64,000 nt of DNA, from NCBI RefSeq assembly GCF_009914755.1, contig NC_060947.1; one strand, written 5' to 3'. The DNA is from the human T2T-CHM13v2.0 reference genome, Homo sapiens. The position numbers and the translations under genes were made by a program. Below the pieces are notes generated by a model. The model ran no database searches and was not told the origin of the DNA. It worked only from the letters and a program-made list of their open reading frames with translations. Below, in pieces: positions 57,621 through 64,000 of this stretch. Every line of letters begins with the position of its first letter. The first letter of the stretch is position 1.

Positions 57621-60600
57621 CAATTTCCTTCATCAATGTTTTGCAGTTTTCCTTGTAGAAATTTTTCACCCTTTTGGTTAAACGTATTCTTAGGTATTTT
57701 ATTTTTTGTAGCTATTGCAAATGGGATTAGCTTATTGATTTGGTTTTCAGCTTGATTGTTATTGGTGTATAGAAATGCTACTTATTTTGTATGTTGATTT
57801 TGTATCCTGAAGCTTGAACAAATTTATTTATCAAGTCCAGGAGTCTTTTGGAGGAATCCTTAGGGTTTTCTGGTCAGAAGATCATATGATCAGCAAACAG
57901 AAATATTTTGCAGTTCTCTTTTCCAATTTGAATACCTTTTATTTCTTTCTCTTGCCTGATTGTGCTGGCTAGGACTTTCAGTGCCATGTTGAATAGGAGG
58001 GGTGAAAGTGGGAACTCTTTTATTCTTCCAGTTCTTAGGCAGAATGCTTTCAACTTTTCCCTATTCAATGTGACAAGTTGAATTTGGCTGTGATTCAGGC
58101 TGGTCCTGGACTATTTTTTGCCTGGGAGATTCTTTATGACTGATCAATCTCACTGGATGTTATTCATTTTTAAAGGATTTCTACTTCTTCCTAGATCTAT
58201 CTTGAGAGATTGCATGTTTCCAGGAATTTACCTATTTCCTGTGGGTTCTAGTTTTTAAGCATAGCGATGTCGCTTCATGATCTTTTGTATTTCTGCAATA
58301 GGAGGGTTGCATATGTGGGTTTTCACATATGGCTTTCATTATTTTGAGGTATATTTCTCCTATGCCTAATTTGTTGAGGGTATATATGATGAAGGGATGT
58401 TAAATTATATCAAGTCTTTTGTATGCATCTATTGAGATGATTAATTTTATTTAAGTCACGAATCACAATTATTGATTTGCATATGTTGAATCGCCCTTCA
58501 TCTATAGAATAAAATTCATTTTTTTGCATTATATTTTTGATGTGCTGCTGGATTCTGTTTGGTAGTCTTTTGTTGAGGATTTTTGCATCTATCTTCATGA
58601 AGGATATTGGTCTGTAGTGTTGTTGTTGTTGTTGTTGTTACATCCTGGTCTGACTTTTGGATCAGGGTGATACTGGAATTGTAGAATGAGTTAGGGAGGA
58701 TTCCTCCTCCTGTTTTTGGCACAGTTTCAGTAGGATTGGTATCTGTTATTCTTCATGTGACAAGTTAAATTTGGCTGTGATTCAGGCTGATCCTGGACTA
58801 TTTTTAACTTCGGAGATTCTTTATGACTGATCAATCTCACTGGATGTTATTCATTTTTTAAGGATTTCTACTTCTTCCTAGATCTATCTTGGGAGATTGC
58901 ATGTTTCCAGGAATTTACGTATTTCCTGTGGGTTCTAGTTTTTAAGCATAGTGATGTCGCTTCATGATCTTTTGTATTTCTGCAATAGGAGTTGTTATGA
59001 TTCATTTTACATTTCTGGTTGTGCTTATTTGAATCTTCTCTCTTCTATTCTTGGTTAGTCTATCAATCTTGTTTACCTTTACAAAGAAACAATTTTTCAT
59101 TTTGTTGACCCTTGGTATTTTTTTTCATTCTCATTTTCATTTAGATCTGCTCTGATCTTTCTTATTTATTTTCTTCTGCTAGCTATGGGTTTGGTTTTCT
59201 TGATAAGCATTGTTCTTGATAAGTGACATCAGATTGTTGAGTTGCAACTTTTTAATATTTTTAGTGTAGGCATTCAACACTATAAACTTCCCTCTCAGTA
59301 CTACTTTTGATTTATCACAAGAGGTATTCATATACTGTCTCTCTAATTTCATTCATTTCCAAAAAAATTCAAATGTTTGTCTTTACTTTGTCTTTGACCC
59401 AAAGATCATTCAGGAGTTTGTTTAATTTTGATGTATTTTATAGTTTCAAGAGTTCATCATGGTATTGAGTGCTAGTTTTATTCCACTGTCATCCAAGAAG
59501 ATATTTGATATGATTTTTAATTTTTTAAATTTATTGAGACTTGTTTTGTTATGTAACATATGGTCTATATTGGCAAATGTTCCATGTACTGCTGAAAAGA
59601 ACGTACATTCTGTGGATACGTGTAGAGTGTTCTGTAAATGTCTGTTAGGTCCATTTGGTCTAAAGTCCCATATAAGTCCAGTGTTTCTTGATTTTCTGTT
59701 TCAATGATCTGTCTGCTGTCAGTAGGGTATTGAAGTCCCCCCAATTATTGTATTGTTGTCTATCTCTTTTTGTAGGTCAGGAGCATTTGTTTTATGAATC
59801 TGAGTGCTCCAGTGTTGAGTACATATATATTTAGGACTGTTACATCTTCTTCTTGAATTGATTGCTTTACCATTACCTAATGAACTTTATTTCCTAAAGT
59901 CTGTCGATCTCTAGGCTGCAAGGTAGCCAAGAGCCATGAACAACACCTGCCCCACAGCTCTCCACTAAAATGGCTGTGGTGAAGTACTTACTCCATCAAA
60001 CCAAAACACACAGCCCAACAGCTCTCCTGCTCTCCCCTGCAGGAGTGCTGCCACTCCATGTAAGGCATGGAGGGCACCTTACATGCAACACAGTGGCCGC
60101 ACTGCCAGTGGGGACACATTTGCCCCTAGCAGCCCCAGAAAGGCTGTCAGCATTCTTGGGCCAGTTTCCCATGGAAGCAGCCATGGTTCTCAGTGGGGGT
60201 AGGGGAGGAGAAGTGTCCTTCTCCATGCCTTGGCTTGAGCACTGAGGCCACTTGGCCACTGGGATGGAACTATATTCCTGCCTTGCAGAGTGCAGCACAG
60301 CCCTTGGATCTCTGCTGGGAATGGTGCCATCACTCAGAGCTCACAAGCAGGGAGCTCCTGGGCACTATAAAGTGCATGATCTGGTTTCCTTTGTCCTAGG
60401 AAGAGTTCCCTCACTGTGCTGCTGCACTCTCCCTTCCCTTAGGAGAAACAGTCCCCTAGGGCTAGACTACTGAAAATCCTGCATTTATCCACCCTGTGCA
60501 ACTGCTGCAATCCAAATGAGCACTGAGGAATGTCTGAGAGGGTTCCTGTAATGTGGACACAAAAGGGCTGAGGTTCCCTGGGCAGGAAACACTCCCCCGA

Positions 60601-60670
60601 GGACTGTGCCTGGAGTATAGCACCTGTAGTCACAGCTCGGGTCCTGGGGAGGGAGAGTGACCAGGAACAA
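57620..60670 (-). mobile_element. L1MA/PB-type ORF2 fragment with adjoining L1 5'-region-like sequence
   Basis: ORFs 57874..58068(-) (LFADHMI) and 58410..58598(-) ([20 protein letters not shown]). Confidence 0.75.
58068..58304 (+). repeat. Displaced copy of 58755-58991 (about 237 bp)
   Basis: ATGTGACAAGTT...TTCTGCAATAGGAG occurs twice with few mismatches. Confidence 0.92.
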
Positions 60671-62999
60671 GTTAGCATTTTGATATAATGCCCTCAAGAA
60701 GTCTGCAAATTATCACCCATGCCAGTGTTTGGATCTGTGTGAACAGAGGAGCTCTCTGACAGTGTGGATGTTTAAGCCCAGTCTTACTGTCTATTTCTTG
60801 AAAGATCCAACTAGTACAAGGACCGGATTGGAAAATACATGCAAAGATAGGATCTGGAACTGGTTCATCTACTTCTCTGCAGGCAAAGAGAATGGCATCC
60901 TGAATCATGGGTCAGGCACATAACATAAGATGGTGTGAATCAAAGCACAAATGGTTCTAAAGATTTCAACAGTGATGACTCAGGCACACATTCGTGTTGA
61001 GGGGAATACTGTGGTAGGTACAATGATGCTGATATCTGGAATAAATATGCCTACCAAGAAGGTGGAATTGGCTGATAATTGCTCAGTCATATTGATGCTT
61101 GCATAAGAAAAATGAAAGACTGAGAGTCAGTAACCGTCAGTTAACAGTAAATGTGAGAACCAGAGAGCCTCATTGTAGGATATAAAGAGGTCTTTATCAC
61201 CTGTACTGGAAGAGAAGACACTGTTAATAGGCAGTCTGAAGATGTAATTTTGAGATTATAGAGCTCCAGAAATGTTCGAATGCTAATCCAAGGCAGATTT
61301 GGGATCCTGAAAACTGTGAAGAGGTCATTTAGATGGACACCCTGGAGGCTGTTGGCTCTGTAAATGCCCTGGACCCTCTGAGCATGCAGAAGTGGCTCAT
61401 CCTTTCCTAGTAAGGACTAGAAATTCCACTTTGTGGAATATGCTATAGAATTTTCACCCCCACAGGGCAGCAGGTGACCACCCATGAGCTTCCCTTACCT
61501 CTTCTCCTGAATGCCAGGATGAAAAATAATGTGAATGGGAACATTCTAGGCCTAATAAGGAAAGAGACTATAGGCCTTACAAATTACAAGGATTAGCTGA
61601 CATGTACTGGCAGAAAGCAGACAAGTGCCCCTGGAAGTGTGTTTGGAGAGGGATTGATTAAGCAAATTAGAATATAAGGCTGAATATGCAAGAATTCTTT
61701 GACTTGGGGTGCCTCCTCAGGGTACAGGATTAAACACTCCAATAAGAACCACAGAGAATGATGAAAATCCACAGATGGATGGTTCTAGGAAGCCTGGAAA
61801 AATGGCCAAATCTCAGTGAAATATAAATGCCCAAGTTTCCATGGAAAGAAGATATAAGAAAGAATAAAGAAGCTGAAGGAAGTGAGAATGCTGGAATGGA
61901 TAGATTACTTAAAGCTAGAAGACACATGAGAGAATTTTGTTTCTCTGAGGTGCCCAGAGGACACTCAATTCTCCAAAGCCATCAGGAATGCACTGGTGGG
62001 AGGAGTATTTAAATCACTAGGAAGTTTGGGGGCAGCTCTTTCCTGTAGGCCAGGGATGATGGTAGGAGAAATGGTCACATATCAGTAAGCACAGCTCATT
62101 ATCAATGGTGTTGTTGGACACCTGGAGTAACAGAGCTATGTAGTGGTACTTTGCTACTATAGACCCAGAGACCACAATTACTATAATGATGAACAAAGTC
62201 AGAAGGGAAGTCAGTAGGGCTCCATCGCTCCATCTGCAGGGAATTGTAGAGATGGTTAATAGATAATCGTATTCCTAGGAGCAAAATAAACAGGTATCCC
62301 ACAAGGGTGATGTTTAGCATGCATAACAGAAAAAAAGCAAAAATGGAAAAGCAGAGCACTGAGTACAGTCATTCTAAGCAACAGTTATGATTCCTTGCTC
62401 AGTTGCCAGTTCTGAGCCAACTTTCAGATCTGAAACCCACTGACTGATGAGGTGATTAGCTTTGTATTATAGAAGGAAGGGCCCTGCAAACCATGGCAAG
62501 TATATGCTATAATTATTCTTCTATTCCTTCTACAAGGGATCTATGGCCATATAGGCCTTTGGGGTGGAATGACCAAATATTTTAAGGAATTTTATACACA
62601 GGATCAAAGTTGACACTGATACCCAAAGACTCAAAATGTGAATATAACCTACCTCTTAAAGTAGGAATTCGTGGGACATAGGGAATAAATGGAATCCTGC
62701 CTAAAGTCCAGCTAAAAATGTATCCTGTGTGAATCCAGATTTACCCAATATTCATTTCCTGTCCATCCCTGAGTTCATAGCTTGAATCCAAATAATTGGC
62801 ACCTGGAATCAACCCCACAGTGGGTTCCTGATTTGTGGAATAAGAGCTGTCATAATGAAGAAGGTTAAATGGAAACCTCTGAAACAACCCCAACCCCTGA
62901 TGATGCCCAAGATAGTAAATCAAAATAAATTACGATGTCCTGCAGTGGAGACTAATGACAGATACTGCTGCCATTAAAGGCTTAAAATATGCATGGTGG

Positions 63000-63378
63000 T
63001 GATATGGTTTGGCTCTGTGTGCCCACCGAAATATCATGTCAAATTTTAATTCCCAGTGTTGTAGGAGGGAACTGGTGGGAGGTGATTGAATCATGGGGGT
63101 CAAGTTCCCCCTTGATGTTCTCATGATAGAGTTCTCATGAGATCTGGTTGTTGGAAAGTGTGTAGCACTTCCCCCTTCATGCTCTCTTCTTCCTGCTCCA
63201 GCCATGTAGGACGTGCCTCCTTCCTCTTCACCTTCACCATAATTGTAAGTTTTTTGAGACCTCCCTAGCCATGCTTCCTGTACATCCTGGAGAACTGTGA
63301 ATCAATTAAACTCCTTTTCATCATAAATTACCGAGTCTTAGGTAGTTCTTTATAGCAGTGCAAGAATGGACTGATACA
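63000..63378 (+). mobile_element. MSTA-type LTR, complete
   Basis: TGATATGGTTTGGCTCTGTGT...GAATGGACTGATACA. Confidence 0.9.
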
Positions 63379-63384
63379 AAACAT

Positions 63385-63696
63385 TTTTAATTAACTCACG
63401 GTTCCATAGGCTGTACAGGAAACCTGGCTGGAGAGGCCTCAGGAAACTTACAATCACGGCAAAAGGTGAACAGGAAGGAGACATGTCCTGCATGGCAGGA
63501 GCAGGAGGAAGAGAGAGCTACGGGGGAAGTGCTACACACTTTCAAACAACCAGATCTCATGAGAACTCTATCACAAGAACAGCAAGGGGGAAGTCTGCCC
63601 CATGATTCAATCACCTCCCATCAGGCCCTTCCTCCAACAATGGGAATTACAATTAAACACGAGATTTGGGTGGTGACACAGAGCCAAACCATATCA
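63385..63696 (-). mobile_element. MSTA-type LTR, inverted, lacking its 3' end
   Basis: Ends ACACAGAGCCAAACCATATCA, the reverse complement of the LTR start. Confidence 0.9.
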
Positions 63697-64000
63697 GGTG
63701 GTCCTCTTTATCGTGTCTCCATTTAATTCTCCAGTCTGTACCCTGTATAAAGTGGGTGGGTCCTAGAGAATGCTATAGACAACAACAGACTGACCCAAGT
63801 GATAGCTCTGGTTACAGCTGTTGTACCAATCATGGTGTAATTGCTAAGGTACATGGCATGGTACATGGTGTAAAGTCCCAGGTATATGGCATACAGCCAC
63901 TGATTTGGCAAACATATTCTCCATTTCATTGAACAAAGAATACCAAAGCTAGTTCACATTCACACTAGATGGAAAACAATATCCTGCTATAGTTTTACAG

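Larger units (their letters stand above)
60700..64000 (+). mobile_element. Degenerate ERVL/MaLR-like internal region, interrupted by MSTA LTRs
   Basis: ACACAGGATCAAAGTTGACACTGATACC (protease-like), AAATGGAAACCTCTG, TCTCCATTTAATTCTCCAGTCTG and GCCACTGATTTGGCAAA (RT start-like). Confidence 0.65.

Overview
This is hominoid (human or great-ape-like) nuclear DNA, judged from AluY/AluS/AluJ, young L1PA and an SVA. I see no intact host protein-coding gene, RNA gene or CRISPR array. Two multi-exon, intron-containing pseudogenes that the ORF track mostly misses face each other tail-to-tail. (1) On +, five exons at 10129-18538 form an ACSM6-like acyl-CoA synthetase copy with a stop, a frameshift and a dead splice donor. 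(2) On -, about 16 exons at 25208-37593 form a strongly diverged paralog of the transmembrane, coiled-coil and proline-rich half of MIA3/TANGO1 (the TANGO1S/cTAGE5-like part); most splice sites and exon phases are kept, but there are several stops and frameshifts. The remainder is retroelement-dense and contains three inverted L1-L1 junctions (about 22041, 40426 and 55150), a full-length SVA with a 14-bp TSD, an inverted MSTA LTR pair bracketed by one 5-bp direct repeat, and two short templated duplications. Protein and repeat-family assignments come from recalled sequences, not database searches.
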